64,000 bases of DNA from the human T2T-CHM13v2.0 reference genome, Homo sapiens (GCF_009914755.1 NC_060936.1); one strand, 5' to 3'. Positions 39,196-61,302 are shown, counted from the stretch's first letter. Program-made: numbers and translations. The notes: generated by a model from the letters alone, not told the origin.

Positions 39196-39444
39196 ATTCA
39201 TTCTGTTTTCTTTTCCTATCTTTCAGTCATAATCATTTCTCTCTTCTACCTTATCTCCAAGATTTCCAGGTTTCTTTTACATTGTGAAGCTGAGATTTGA
39301 TCATGTTCCTTGTAATAGGATTATTTTTACTATTTCTGCTGACTTTCCTTTTTCTCCTTTTTTTAAAGAAAAGAATTTTTATTATAAAATTTTCCTGTAA
39401 TTGACAGTAGCATATAATTAACTTTGCACAAGTCATATCCCCTC

Positions 39445-39955
39445 TGCAGCAGATTGAACCACATCTCCTGATATTCATAACCCTCTGCAGTCTTCTCTTG
39501 AATCTGGGCTGGCCGTGAGGCCTGCTTTAACCAACAGAACACAGAGGAAGGCTTAAGCCTTAAGAAGACCTAGCAGCTTTCTCGGGGAAGCCAGCTGCCA
39601 TGTAATATGTCCATCCTAAGACCGCCATGCTGTGAGCAGTTGTCCTCCACATGGCCTCTCCACGAGCCCAACCTAGCCACACGGAGAAGCCATGTGGTGG
39701 AGAACAAAGTCCCTGGCCAACAGCCTCAGCCGATCTTCCAACGGACAGCTAGCACCCACTGGCCTGGCTATGAATGAGGCCATCTTGGAAGTAGATTGTC
39801 TAGTCATAGTTGCGCCATCCCAGCTGCCGCCATGTGGAGCAGTGACAAGCTCTCCTTGCCAAGCCCTGCACAAATTGAAGAATTGTGAACAAATCATTTC
39901 TTTAAGACAGTATTTTTTGGAGTAATTTGTGAAATACCCAGAAATAATTGAAACA
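39445..39955 (+). mobile_element. MLT1 (F/G/H-like) MaLR LTR
   Basis: cttgaatctgggctggcc...gaagccagctgccatgt...gaatgaggccatcttgga...aataattgaaaca. Confidence 0.8.
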
Positions 39956-41319
39956 CTCTCTCTGGGCGAGGCTTTCTTTTTTTCACCTGTAAAGTGAATT
40001 AGTTGGACAAGTTAATCTCTACCTCTTATAACCTATTAGAGTGTAGTCTGTGTTGTTCCATTGCTGCTCAACTTCTGCCCACAACCTGATACTGGTCCTG
40101 TATCTTCTTATTTGATACTAACTTGTGACTAGGCTTGTTGAAATTTATTGTCTTTTTCTCCCCTTTAGATTAAGTCTCTAACTCGCCAGAATCATTTTAA
40201 ATCGGTATTTTAGGTGCTGATTTCCATCCTACAGTGTGTTAATACTGCTCCCAGCTTGGTGATGTGTCCACTTTATGAGCTTGCCTTCTCCTCCATCATT
40301 TCCTTCAGAAATCTCACAGCTGTGTTCTCACAGCTGGACTGGCAGATTCGCTGTCCTTTTTGGCCCTCAGAAAATCTTATTGGCATAGTTTCTAGGATTC
40401 AAAACTCTGAAACTTGCCTTTCCCACCCATTTTGCTGTTTCTGGCTCAAGCATATTCCCAAATTGGTCTCTTTTTCCAAGATATAGCATGCCCATTCCTG
40501 TGAATTTCTTGTGAATAACATGTGCTATTAGGAAGTTAATGAGAAAAATACTTTTCTTTTTTGGTGGAGTCTTGGCTCAGAATATTCCTGAAGTAATCAT
40601 CATCAATTAACTATGCCTCAAGACTTCTGTGATAGGGATGTAAAGCCAATAATTCTTTTTTACATCACGTTGAATTCATGTCTCAGAATATTGCAGCACA
40701 TCTGTTCTTGAGCTGAATTTATTCCAGAAGGAACATGTTTCCTAATAAATATTGTCCAGTCATTTTTGAAGGACCTTTAAGCTCGGAGAGCATTAAAGTA
40801 ATTGATTCTCAGCATTTTTCAAACTACTTTCAGGTTTAGCCACTGCTGGCCATCTGTTTATTCAGTTTAGAAGGAGTTCCAAACATAGCCTAGAGTCATC
40901 ATGAGTAATCTTAACAGGCTCACTGGAGCATATGCCATAACTCCCATCTTCCTAGGATTTCAAAAAATGCTGTTGAAAAGAACTGCATGCCTTTTAGGGC
41001 CCACCTCTCCTTTCTTGCAGATGATAGACTATCTAGGAGCTAAACATGTTACCTGACGCAACAACAAAATAGAAGCGTTGATCTATGGGGCAGGCAGACT
41101 GTAAGGTTCACGCAACACAAATTCCCATGGTGCAAGGTTACTAGTTCTAGGGCAGAAGGCCACTGTTTTTCCAACTCACCCCTCAACCCACTCCAATTGG
41201 AAAAGCACTCATTGTCACAGGCCCCTTAAACATTTGCCTAAACACTTTCTGGGGTAATATGATTTACCCCAGAGATCATGACTCTGTGCTTTCCTACGTA
41301 GTGGGTCTTTTTTTGTTTT

Positions 41320-42130
<811 letters not shown>

Positions 42131-43329
42131 GCAACGTAGTCTTTAAGAAAAATGTATGCAACCTTAAAAATAGCTTCCTTCTTAGAAATGTAAATCACAG
42201 TTGTTGAAACTTTAGAACAGGTTTTCATATAATTTGGTAATTTTTTGGAAGGTGAGAATTTTTTAGAGGCGAGAGTGGTTTCCTTAATCCAGGCAGGTGG
42301 TGCCTTGTCTGACAAGATTCTCCATCCAAATCTTTCAAAAAAATGTATTGTGACCTACTGGGAAGTTTTAGTTCAGGGAATAGAGTTGTTGCTTCACTCT
42401 GTCCCAAAATATTAGGAATACACGACCCAAGGAAATAACTGAAATGAAGGAACTGTGGCCCATGTATCTCTTTAGGAATGCCTGTTGATTTTAAGATCTA
42501 CTGACGATATGATGGATGAATCCACTGAGCTTAAGCTATTTTCTGTTGGGTGTGTTGGGAGAAGTGAAAAGGACGCTTTAAGCACAGACAATCAGTAGTT
42601 TCATTTTTAGTTTGTCTCTCACTCCAAGCTTTGTAATTAAGCATTTTTATCTTTACAAAGCCCACTGGCATCATCCGCTTTAAGATTTTCTAAGATGTTT
42701 CGGAATGTCTCCTTCTTCCTACTTCTTCCCTTTCCTCCTTTTTACTTTAATTTTGTCTTTTCACTTTGATTTTGTCTTTTCACTTTGATAAGTGATTTTC
42801 AGTTTAAATTTTATCTGTATTTTATATTTTAAGTTATGTTAAACATATTTTGGAGGTACACCAAATACACACATACATACTAGATAGGGCTGGAGACTTC
42901 TGGCAAACTAGGTGGAAATATTGATGAAATTATGCGTTGCATTTGGACTCAACTTTATCCTCTAAAAATCAACAAGCACATTAGAGAACTTAGTAAAATT
43001 GATCCTTTTGATAAGTATACTATATTATTATTGAGCAGCTGTGTGTAAGGAATTATGCCAAATATTGAGAATGAGAAGAAGAAAATGATTTGATTCTCTG
43101 CCCTTGAGGAATCTATGATGGGAAACAGATTCAATGTCCCAGAAAGGCAGAAGGAATGCTTCTTCTATTAGGCTCACATTACACCTGTCTTGATTATAGC
43201 ATATATCATAATTATTTCTTTAGGTATTCATGTCTTCCTTTGGAATAAAAACTCTATGTTGAGCCAATTGGCTGTCTTCTTCATTTTTATATTCTCTGTG
43301 CCTAATATTGTCCCTGACACAGTAGTTAT

Positions 43330-43626
<297 letters not shown>

Positions 43627-43705
43627 TAGTTACTTAATAAAAGCTTGATGTCGATGCAGTTAATGGAATGTGCAACTCAAACTGACTTTAAAAATGAGGA
43701 AGTCT

Positions 43706-44000
<295 letters not shown>

Positions 44001-44009
44001 TAAGAAGGA

Positions 44010-45670
<1,661 letters not shown>

Positions 45671-47074
45671 AACTGTATCTTCCGGTGAGAAGTATCTAAA
45701 TATGGATGATCACAGTTCCCTGGGAGTGTTATTACTTTATTTTAGTCACTAATCTAGTTCTAGAAAAAAGAGTGATGATTGGGAAACTCATCTTTTCAAA
45801 ATCCTGTAGCAAGTCTGACATGGTACTGATGTGGCACTATATCCCTTGATTCTGAAGATGCCAGTTGGAAGCAGCAACCAAAGATAACGTTTCTTTGCTT
45901 TTGTTGTTAACCTGAAGTCATTGTAAAGAAGTTGAATGACCTCTTGACATTTAGGAGATGTTAAATGACCTCAGAGCCAATTTTTCACTAGTAAGGATAT
46001 AATAAATAACTTGCATTTCACTAAATGCAAGTTAGTTGCAGGTTCCAACCTGCAATTCTGGTTAAACATAAATATCCTAAAGGCAGTATACTTGTAAAGA
46101 AAATTTCCATATATTGCATAACGTATTCACACTTTGCCCATCATTCAAGGCATTGCATGTGCTATTGTCAACTTCCCTAACCACCTTTTAAATTTATCAT
46201 CAACATAAAATTAAGAAGAATAGTGAAATTCTTTTCATATTGATGACAGTCCACTATTTTCTACAGAGCAAGATAATCAAAACAAAATAATTGGTCATTT
46301 TGAAGAAGAAATTTACTGAATGAAGCAGTTGGAAAGAATGGATTACAGTTGTTTTTGAGAAAGTTTACATTAATTGTTCACATTAAAAATATATCTTCCA
46401 AGTATCTTCTCTGCTTTCCTTAGTCGTTTTAGCAAAGGCATCTGTGTTTATTTATTTACCTAATAAGTAGTTATTCTCTAAATTCTTACCTCTAAGTTCT
46501 CTAACTTATTCTTTAAGTTCTTGTCTCTAAGAACATTTATTTACCTAATTATTTATTCATTTACCTAATGTCATCTTTTGGTCCCATAATTTTAAATAAG
46601 TGCAAAGTGATGTTTATACTGCCAGTTTGGAGTTTTGCAGTAGCAGGTGTGATTGTCTTATAAAAGCTCTTTTGATATAGCCAATGTCATGTTCCTTATT
46701 CGTGTGTTATTTTCGAAATGTATTCAAGGCAGCACCCCCGAGACAGCTGTGACAATAATGCCCCCCCCCCCATGACAACAGAGGAACTGTGCCAAAGCTC
46801 AGCAAAACAAAATTTACTTGGCAGGGGAGAGAGTTTAGAGGCTTTTCACAGCTCTTTGGAAATGCTAATAAGGTCTCAACCTTGAACCATGTTTGCTTTT
46901 TATCTGGGAAACCCTTTCCAGTTACAATAGCATTGATATACTAAGAGATTCCAAGTTAGGAGTTTATACAGTAGGTTTATGAGACAGGTAATCCAAAAGT
47001 CAGGTGCTCCCTCTTCGCTTGGAAGAACAGTGCATTTTGGGACATTTTAAAGCACATTGTCAACTTCTTTGGCC

Positions 47075-47385
47075 TTTTTTTTTTTTTTTTTTTTTTTTTT
47101 GAGTTGGAGTCTTTACTCTGTCGCCCAGGCTGGAGCGCAATGGCGCTATCTCGGCTCACTACTACAACCTCTGCTTCCTGGATTCAAGTGATTCTCCTGC
47201 CTCAACTTCCTGAGTAGCTGGGATTACAGGTGCGTGCCACCATGCCCAGCTAATTTTTATATTTTTAGTAGAGATGGGGTTCTACCGTGTTGGTCAGGCT
47301 GGCCTCGAACTCCTGACCTCGTGATCCACCCACCTCGGCCTCTCAAAGTGCTGGGATTACAAACGTGAGCCACCGCATCTGGCCG
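47075..47385 (-). mobile_element. AluS
   Basis: Antisense Alu. Confidence 0.92.
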
Positions 47386-47666
47386 GCTCCTTTAACCACT
47401 ACTTATAACAGGCTCACAGCCTCAAGGTTGGCAGGCTTTACCGCCAGGCGTAATGTTGTGTTAATGTGGGTGAAGTACATTTGCAATGTGCAAATAGTTG
47501 ACTCACAGCTCTAATTTTGTTCTTTTGAGTAGCTCTTTTAAGCTTCCCTGCCCTTTTTGTCTTATGTTGCTTAGATGACTGGAGAAAAATATTATTATTA
47601 TCTGATGGCTCAATTTAAAGACCCACGATTAAACCAACTGAGCTCAGCCTTCACACTCACACTTAC

Positions 47667-47771
47667 CTTTCAATATCTGGCACTAATCTTTTAAATACCT
47701 TGTCAGAGGAATACTGTTTCCTGGGTGTGTTCAAACTAGTCATGTTGTTATGTCCCAAAAACAGTGGGATC
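47667..47771 (-). other. Candidate exon (105 nt, phase 2-2, or a first exon with ATG at 47743)
   Basis: Consensus donor AAG|GTAAGT; open frame IPLFLGHNNMTSLNTPRKQYSSDKVFKRLVPDIE; acceptor weak. Confidence 0.3.
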
Positions 47772-47955
47772 CTTTTCAGACGAAAAACACATGAAGGCTC
47801 AAAGCCAAGCTGCTGCGTAAAAGCTTTCCCTTTCCTTCCTCTGACCCATCCTCTTTGGAATAATTAGATGAATGGTGCTTTTCTTCTGTGATTTATCTGT
47901 GTTTTTAAAGGCAAAACTCCCATGAAGAGATGGGCTATTAAGAATTCTCACAGTT

Positions 47956-48710
<755 letters not shown>

Positions 48711-48975
48711 ATATATAAGGTGACATCATTTAGTATAAACACAGATAATATAGGATCTTGGAAAATATGAGTCGTATCAGTACTTAGCAGCAATCAGGTC
48801 ATTTACTAGTTATGAGTAATTGACTCAAAATGTATCTTTTTCTACAAAAGAAACATTATTATTATGAGTAGGCTGCTTAGCATGCATATTATCATTTATT
48901 TAGTACTGAATGTCATAGTGTCTTTCTTTTTATTATTCTCATGTTTCTAAAGCAATAAGAAAAACAGATGGGATA

Positions 48976-49401
<426 letters not shown>

Positions 49402-49999
49402 TTAAAAATGTGGAAACTTACATTTACACTGATTTCAAATTAAATTGATTTAGGAACCAAAGTATACTTTCATGATGAAATTATTTTTTAGTGTTTCAAC
49501 AACTATACCTACCGTTTTTTTCACCCTTTTCTTTTAAAATAAAAATATATGTGTGCATATGTATTTAAATAAAATAATGCTTATTATAGAAAATTTGGAA
49601 AAAAAAAACCCCTGAAATTGCATCAGATAATTACTTCTGATAATTAGAACATTTTGACATCAAAATCAGCATAAACTCACATGTTTTACTATCTGCTCTT
49701 CCTCCCACCATATGTTGATATTTTATACATTTTATTATTTCTTTAAATATTATTTGCTTACATGATTTTGAAGCTTAATCAAATGAACATACCACAATTT
49801 ATTAAACAAAATTTCTATTGTTGGACATTCAGATTGGGTTCAACTTTTTCTTTTTATAGTAACATTCAGCAGAACACCATTGAACATAAATCTTTGAATG
49901 CATGTTGATTATTTCCTTAGGATAAACCCCTAAATCTAAGATTACGGGGACCAGAGTTACTTCAATTTTAACTGGTGAAATAATTTAAAAATTGTTATT

Positions 50000-50755
<756 letters not shown>

Positions 50756-51429
50756 GATTTTGTGAATATTGCAAATGTATTTGTGGAACAAAATGGCTTG
50801 GAGTCCCTCTTAAATGAATGCCCTGTTGTTCTCATCATAGCAATCCACCTACTGCTGTAGGCTTGATGTTATCACTCCTGCCATTCGGGCAGGTGTCTGG
50901 AGGGTGGAAGTAGGGACAAAGACGTTAGAAAAGTGGTAGGGTGATGAGAGATAGATTGGGAATTAATAGCAAATCAGGAAAGAAGCAATTAAGTAAATGA
51001 CGAGAATTGAGGCTGGTTAGAGTAGGTCTGAGAAGCAGAGTAGATACTTTTCTCATTTTAATGAATGCTAATCAGCTGGCCTAGTGAAAACCTCCTCCTG
51101 ATATGCCAAACACAATGGCTTATGCAAACATTTGATAAAGCATTCTCAGGTGTGTTAGTCATTAAGCCATGACCTTGGGAACAGATTGCATGGCTATATT
51201 CCTCCTTAGTCATTTACAGTACACACACAGGTCCATAAATGCAGCTGTGTGAATATAATTAATGACTAACAATTCTTATTTTAGAAGTGGTAGTATCTTG
51301 AGAGTAATCCATAGGTAGTGGACAAGAAATAATTAAAAGCTGTTCTGCATTGAGCCTAGCCAGAAGCTCTAAAAGCTATTGTGCTATACTGTCGGAAAAA
51401 GGGGAGTTTAATTAATTAATTAATTCATT

Positions 51430-52110
<681 letters not shown>

Positions 52111-52446
52111 TGGAAACTATTTTCTTCCATCTTAAAATCGAACAGCTGAAATAAATCCGTCCTCCCAAGTTAAAGCATACATCAGGAGGATAATGGGAAT
52201 CTTGTGAGTCAGAGTTTATCAGAAAGATGAGATGGCCAGGGATGAGGCCAGGCAGGGAGAGGCAATGCTATTAGGACCAACAGATGTAGTCACTGTTGTC
52301 ACTGACTCTGGTCTTCTGGCCAGGATTGGATCTTTTAGAGCAGCAGTTTCCACATCCAAGCGTCAGACACACTGAGGTGTTAATATCTATTAAGTCAAAA
52401 TCTTTGGGAACGGGGCTTGAGAATCTTTAAAAAAAAAAAACTTTTC

Positions 52447-52750
52447 ACTGGGTGCAGTGGTTCACACCTGTAATCCCAGCGCTTTGGGAGGCTGAGCAGG
52501 GAGGATCAGAATTTTTGGGGGGGCTTTAGCCCAGGAGTTCAAGACCAGTCCTTTTTTTTTTTTTTTTTTTGTAGAGATGAGGCCTCCCTACGGGCAACAT
52601 TAGCTGGGCGTGGTGGTGCATACCCCTAGTCCTAGCTATGTGGGAGGATTTCTTGAGCTCAGGAGGTTGAGGCAGCAGTGAGCCATGACTGCATCACTGC
52701 ACTCCAGCCTGGGTGACAGAGTGAGACCCTGTCTCAAAAAACAAAACAGC
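52447..52750 (+). mobile_element. AluJ with an internally inverted linker segment
   Basis: T19+gtagagatgaggcctcccta at 52552-52590 is the reverse complement of the normal linker. Confidence 0.88.
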
Positions 52751-52909
52751 AACAGCTTTTCAACTCAGCCAGGTTAGAAGCTACTATCTTGGAGCTTTCC
52801 CATTTTCAAGTTGTTAGATCAGTGACTGTGGCCATTTGGCCTAGTGGGGGTTTCTTAAAACAACAGCCTCCAAAGGGAGGATGTTGGAAGAAAACATTAG
52901 AAATATTTA

Positions 52910-53245
<336 letters not shown>

Positions 53246-53569
53246 TTAAAATGTTCTGTATTTTTATGTTTTATCAAATGCATAATATATGAGGTCATAT
53301 TATATAATTTAGAAATAAATATACATATAGTGGGATTTGTGCTCAAAATGTTTTATTGGTAGAGTTGAGCAGTCAAAAAAAAAAAAAAAAAGTCTTGGAC
53401 CCACTACCTTGGAGGGCTTGAAAAATGAAAACTTATCCTTAAGAGGCAGGTATCCAAAAGCGATGTTTGGCCTTCAGAAGTAGATATAATGGACCATATA
53501 CTTTTAGAGTCACATGACCAACCCAGACAGGACAAAGATAAAATTCCTGGACAGAATAGTGGCTTAGCC

Positions 53570-53800
53570 ACTGATAGCTAGAGAGGCAGCTTGATGTAGC
53601 CAAAAGAGAACAGGCTTGGGAGTCAGCACATCTGACCTCAACTTGGAGTTCCGCCACTTCATAGCTGGGTTTCCCTAATCTCAGTCCCAGTTTTCCAATC
53701 TGTAAAACAGGAACAGAAACACTTAAGTTGCAGGAACCCCTTGAGAATTAAGTGAGATAATGTATTTAACAGAGGTCAGCATGTAGCTGGTACACTATAG
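53570..53800 (+). mobile_element. MIR
   Basis: ggcttgggagtcag...cagttttccaatctgtaaaacagg...gaattaagtgagataatgtat. Confidence 0.75.
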
Positions 53801-53977
53801 GATGGTAGCTCTTGTTACCAACAGCTATTATTGATGGTACTATAGGTATAGAGGCAGTATAAGGTAGTGGTCGATAGTATGGGTTCTGAATGTCTGAGTT
53901 GGAATTTTGGCATGGTCACTCATTAACTGTATTAAATTGGGCCAGCTGATGGTAACAATAATATAATATAATAGTAG

Positions 53978-54652
<675 letters not shown>

Positions 54653-54849
54653 ATGTTTTAATTGTAATGTGAGGCAGTATCAGACTGAATAATCCTGGAC
54701 CTGCTGAAAAAAGAAAAAAGATAATATGAGGCAGTCAATGATAAATAAATAATTGTAGACATGTGGTTACAATTCTGTTATTAATCACCAAGTAAAATGA
54801 CAGGGAAATCTGCTGGTATGGTTCCCTGATGGCATCAGTTCCTATACTT

Positions 54850-55000
54850 TTGTGTACACTAAAATCATCTGTGGGGCTTCTGAAGAAGGCAGCCAAGTCT
54901 ATTTCCTGAATCAGAATTTTTAGGGTGGAGCTCAGGCAGCTGTGTTTTCCATGAGACAAATGAGTGATTCTTATACATAACAAAGATGAGAACCACTGAT
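54850..55000. mobile_element. MER5-like hAT MITE
   Basis: ctgaatcagaattt...gtgattcttat...gagaaccactg. Confidence 0.65.
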
Positions 55001-55361
55001 TATAGTGTCCTCCTCTCAACAGCTTTAGTTCTCCTCAATTACTTCCAACATTTCCCAAGCCCCAAGAAGCTCATTAAGATAGTGTTATATTACAAGTACC
55101 TCCAGGATCCAAATGACCATCTGGCTATTACTTGGTGCTTGGTAGGTTGTATTCTTAATTCAGATGATTAGGCCACTGGATGGAAGTTTTAAAATGCTTT
55201 TCTTTCATTTGGGGTTTACATTTTGCTTTTTAATTTTGCTTACCACCATGTCATATACCTTACTGCTCAAGACAAATGAACATATTCATAGTCAGAACTG
55301 GAAGGGAATTTAGAGTAACTGGTCCAATATCCATATTTTACTGATTTTAAGAATGAGGCTA

Positions 55362-55792
<431 letters not shown>

Positions 55793-56321
55793 TCTGACAT
55801 CTACTCTTTAGATGTTTATTGATAATTCTTCCAAGTTATTTATTTTTTTCTAAGAGCTTTAAACTCTTATACATGGATATATAACTATTTATCCTAACAC
55901 CTTTTATTGAATAGTACATCCTTTATAAACTAATTGATAATGCTATCTTTGACAGCTATCAAATTTTCAGAAATGAACCTAACCACCTTTTAAACTTGAG
56001 GTAATAGGAAACAGTTTGAAGGAATTTGCACAGTGAAAATATTTCAAAACTGTATCATCAAAATTCAGTAAAGGAACAAACCAACCAAACTGGCAAAATA
56101 CAATTTTGCATCATTAAATAATTTTTTTGTCTTTTTTTTTTTGCAAATGTATATCAGTGTACTTCTTCACCAGACAATTTTGGCACAGTCTTCTATATTC
56201 TCCTTATTGCTTAGAAACCATAGAATGCAAACAAGTGCCTTACACAATTCTGTACCCTACAAAAGACCCGTGGCAGAACGAAATACTGCTTATTAGGTGG
56301 TATAGGGAAGGAGTAAGATGA

Positions 56322-56770
<449 letters not shown>

Positions 56771-56974
56771 TTAATTTAAAAACAACAACAGCAACAAAAA
56801 TCAATTTCAAAGGGTTACACTTTATTGTAGCATTGAAAAAAGTTACTGTGTATTTGGAAGGGCATGGACATATAGCTATGAGATATAAATTTCTTATAAG
56901 GGAACAAAAGTTGTCACTGGAAGACTGGCTTCCTCTTCATATTTCTTGATTAGCAAAAGTCATATGCTTTATTG

Positions 56975-57314
56975 CAGTGGTCCCCAACCTTTTTGACATC
57001 AGGGTCTGGTTTCATGGAAGACAATTTTTCTATGCACTGGTGGGGAAGGGGAATGGTTTTGGGATGAAACTGTTCCACCTCAGATCATCAGGCATTAGTT
57101 AGAGTCTCATAGGAAGCGCACAACCTAGATCCCTTGCATGCATAGTTCACGATAGGGTTCGAGCTCCTATGAGAATCTAACGCTACTGCTGATCTGACAG
57201 AAGGCAGAGCTCAGGCAGTGATGCTCACTCACTGTTCATTTCCTGCTGTGCAGCCGGTTCCTAACAGACCACAGACCGGTACCAGTCCATGGCCTGGGGG
57301 GCTGGGGACCCCTG
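56975..57314 (+). mobile_element. MER1B hAT-Charlie MITE
   Basis: TIR cagtggtccccaacc/ggctggggacccctg; 8-bp TSD ctttattg/ctttacag; internal ccacctcagatcatcaggcattag. Confidence 0.92.
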
Positions 57315-57560
57315 CTTTACAGGTTCCAAGAAGGGGAGCCACTCACAAATACATTATTTGATTTTGTCACTGTGATGCACAAAGCGATTATGTCAAGGGC
57401 CTGGCAATGCAATGAAAGGAAATGGAAGTTGCCAAGTATAGGAGACATTGGTATGACTGATCACATATCATGAAAAACTCAGGCACTAGAATATGTCAAC
57501 ATTTTCTAGCTAATATTTGAAGAAAGCTGCCTAACTTCCAGTCACGTGTAATTTTACTGA

Positions 57561-57906
<346 letters not shown>

Positions 57907-58341
57907 TAATATGCCTTGACATTATCCTGTTAGTCCGCAAAGTGGTAAAGATGAGCAAGTTTTATGGTACATGGAGGTTCGCCACTGGATGCCGTACACC
58001 ATGCTGTCCGTAAGAAGTGATTTGGAAGTTCATGAGGAAGAGAAGCCTCAAACTTTGATTGTAACAGAGCACAACAAAGTGGAATATAATTGCATGAATA
58101 AATGTATGCTGTGGTTGATTGGTAAAACATTTTTGTGTGCATTTAATATACTGGTCGTTTTTGGAAAAAATAACAACCCTGCACCATATTGATGGTCTGT
58201 CTAAAAATCGATCACATTGTAGGATCAAATAATTCAAAATGTCTCTTTTCTAGGTATGGGGCTTTCTCTTCTGTTACCACCTGCTTTTTCTTAAGGAATT
58301 CTTCTGTATTTCCAGTTCAAGGAAGGGATATAGGCTTTATG

Positions 58342-58642
58342 TTTTTTTTTTTTTGAGATGGGGTCTTGCTGTGTTGCCCAGGCTGGAGTGCAGTGGTCTG
58401 ATCATGGCTCACTGCAGCCTTGACCTCCTGAGCTCAAGTGATCCTCCAACCTCAGCCTCCTAAGAGGCTAACTAAGGAGCACACCACCATTCCTGGGTGA
58501 TTTTTATTTTTTAAATTTTTTTTGTAGAGACAGGGTGTCACTACATTGCCCACATGGGTCTCGAACTCCTGGACTCAAGTGATTCTCCTGCCCTGGCCTT
58601 CCAAAGTCCTGGGATTACAGGTGTGAGCCACCACACCTGGCC
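58342..58642 (-). mobile_element. AluJ
   Basis: Antisense Alu. Confidence 0.9.
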
Positions 58643-58822
58643 TTAGGCATCATCTTTATCTTATAACAGAGGAGAGACTATAAAAAAAACTGGGTTAGAC
58701 TTGAGCAAGCTCAGCTGGGACTGTCAAGGCCTGACCTGAGGTGTTATTTAGGAAAAGAATAATCCCGACTTTTGGAAGCATATTAAAGTGATTGTCCTGA
58801 GTCTCTGAGAGCAAGATCATAC

Positions 58823-58903
58823 CTTTGTGGATTTCGGAGGTGGTCTCCATCATGGCAGTGGTAATTCCCAGGTCAGTCGTCTTGGAAGAAACAATTCCTG
58901 GGA
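58823..58903 (-). other. Candidate cassette exon (81 nt, phase 1-1)
   Basis: Acceptor ccttatttccag|T, donor AAG|GTATGA; open frame PGIVSSKTTDLGITTAMMETTSEIHK. Confidence 0.35.
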
Positions 58904-59183
58904 CTGGAAATAAGGACTTGGGCAAGCCTTAGCCTAAGGACAAAAGGAGAACTCTCTCTGGGTCTTTTGGCATTTTGCCTGGAAGGGCTTTACTTAGCAG
59001 ACATACCAGTACACTTCCAGTGGTGGGGGTGGGACAATGTTTGACGGAATAATGCAGGTTGAAATCTATGCATGGAAGGTTTCCCCGTGTTGGGACCTGG
59101 TTCTCTAGGCGCTAAGAAGAGCCACATCTTATAACAGTTAAAAATTATTCTTCATGCCAGTGGTTCAAATACTAATGCGCATG

Positions 59184-59900
<717 letters not shown>

Positions 59901-60253
59901 AAAATTCTGAATGTGGTCCTTAATCTTATTTATAACAAACACCCTAGATAATTCTAATTCATTTAGTTCACATTTTAGAAGATAGGTGATCTTATATTGT
60001 CTCCAGTTGGTTGCTTTTGAACCTTTGTGGAAGCCTTAGGTGGTGTTCAGCTGTGATGAGTCAGTCACTAGAGGAGCCTGTTGTGGGGTTACAAAGGTGT
60101 GGCGAAAGGGAGGACGATGCCTTATCCTATGGTCAGAGCAGTGGGAGCGGTGGTGAGCAAGCTATGTTCTGTAGAGTGGCTGTCTCACTAGGGACATCGT
60201 GAGAGGCAGTGGCCTGAGTCAGGTTCCCGGGTAGGTGGGAAAGTTGAAGTCTA

Positions 60254-60568
<315 letters not shown>

Positions 60569-60812
60569 TTAAGTAGTCAGCAAAGACTAATTTCAGTTTC
60601 CCTTAAGGGTGACAATAAGGAAGAGAAGATACTGCTGCTTTTGGGAACCGCTCTTATTAACTACGGCTGCCTTGGCAGCTCCCAGGGGTGCTGTGTCTTG
60701 ACAACCTTCTTCTGTTTTTGTGTTTGGTAACTACCCCACCCCAACCCCTACCCTCTACCGCCCACGCCTCCTCAAACCTCCTCAAGCAGCCCAATGGCCA
60801 GACACCGCAGCG

Positions 60813-60831
60813 TCGCCTCTAGAGGGCGCTT
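60813..60831 (+). promoter_or_regulatory. Putative CTCF site with adjacent CCAAT and GC boxes
   Basis: tcgCCTCTAGAGGGCGCtt matches the CTCF core TGGCCACCAGGGGGCGCTA; agcCCAATgg at about 60790; local CpG retention. Confidence 0.6.
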
Positions 60832-61002
60832 GAGTCTCTGCCAAATCCCTGAGTGGCCTCACCAGTTTGGGAATCCATTTACATTCCAAGAAATTCCTTT
60901 TTAAAGGTTACACAAGAGAGGCAGGCCTGTGGAGCCCTAATTGGTGTTCTTCAGTTGCCAAGCCCAGGCCTAGGTTCTTTCTCTCTCCTTGAGGTCAGGA
61001 AA

Positions 61003-61302
61003 TCTTTTTTTTTTTTTTTTTTGAGTCAGAGTCTCGCTTTCGCCCAGGCTGGAGTGCAATGGCCCGATCTCCGCTCACTGCAACCTCCGCCTCCCGGGTT
61101 CAAGCGATCTCCTGCCTCAGCCTCCCGAGTACCTGGGATTACAGGCGTCTGCCACCACACCTGGCTAATTTTTGTAGCTTTAGTAGAGACGGGGTTTCAC
61201 CACGTTGGTCAGGTTGGTCTCGAACTCCTGAGCTCAAGTGATCCACCCACCTCGGCCTTCCAAAGTGCTGGGATTACAGACCTGAGCCACCGCACCCGAC
61301 CT
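61003..61302 (-). mobile_element. AluS
   Basis: Antisense Alu. Confidence 0.92.
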
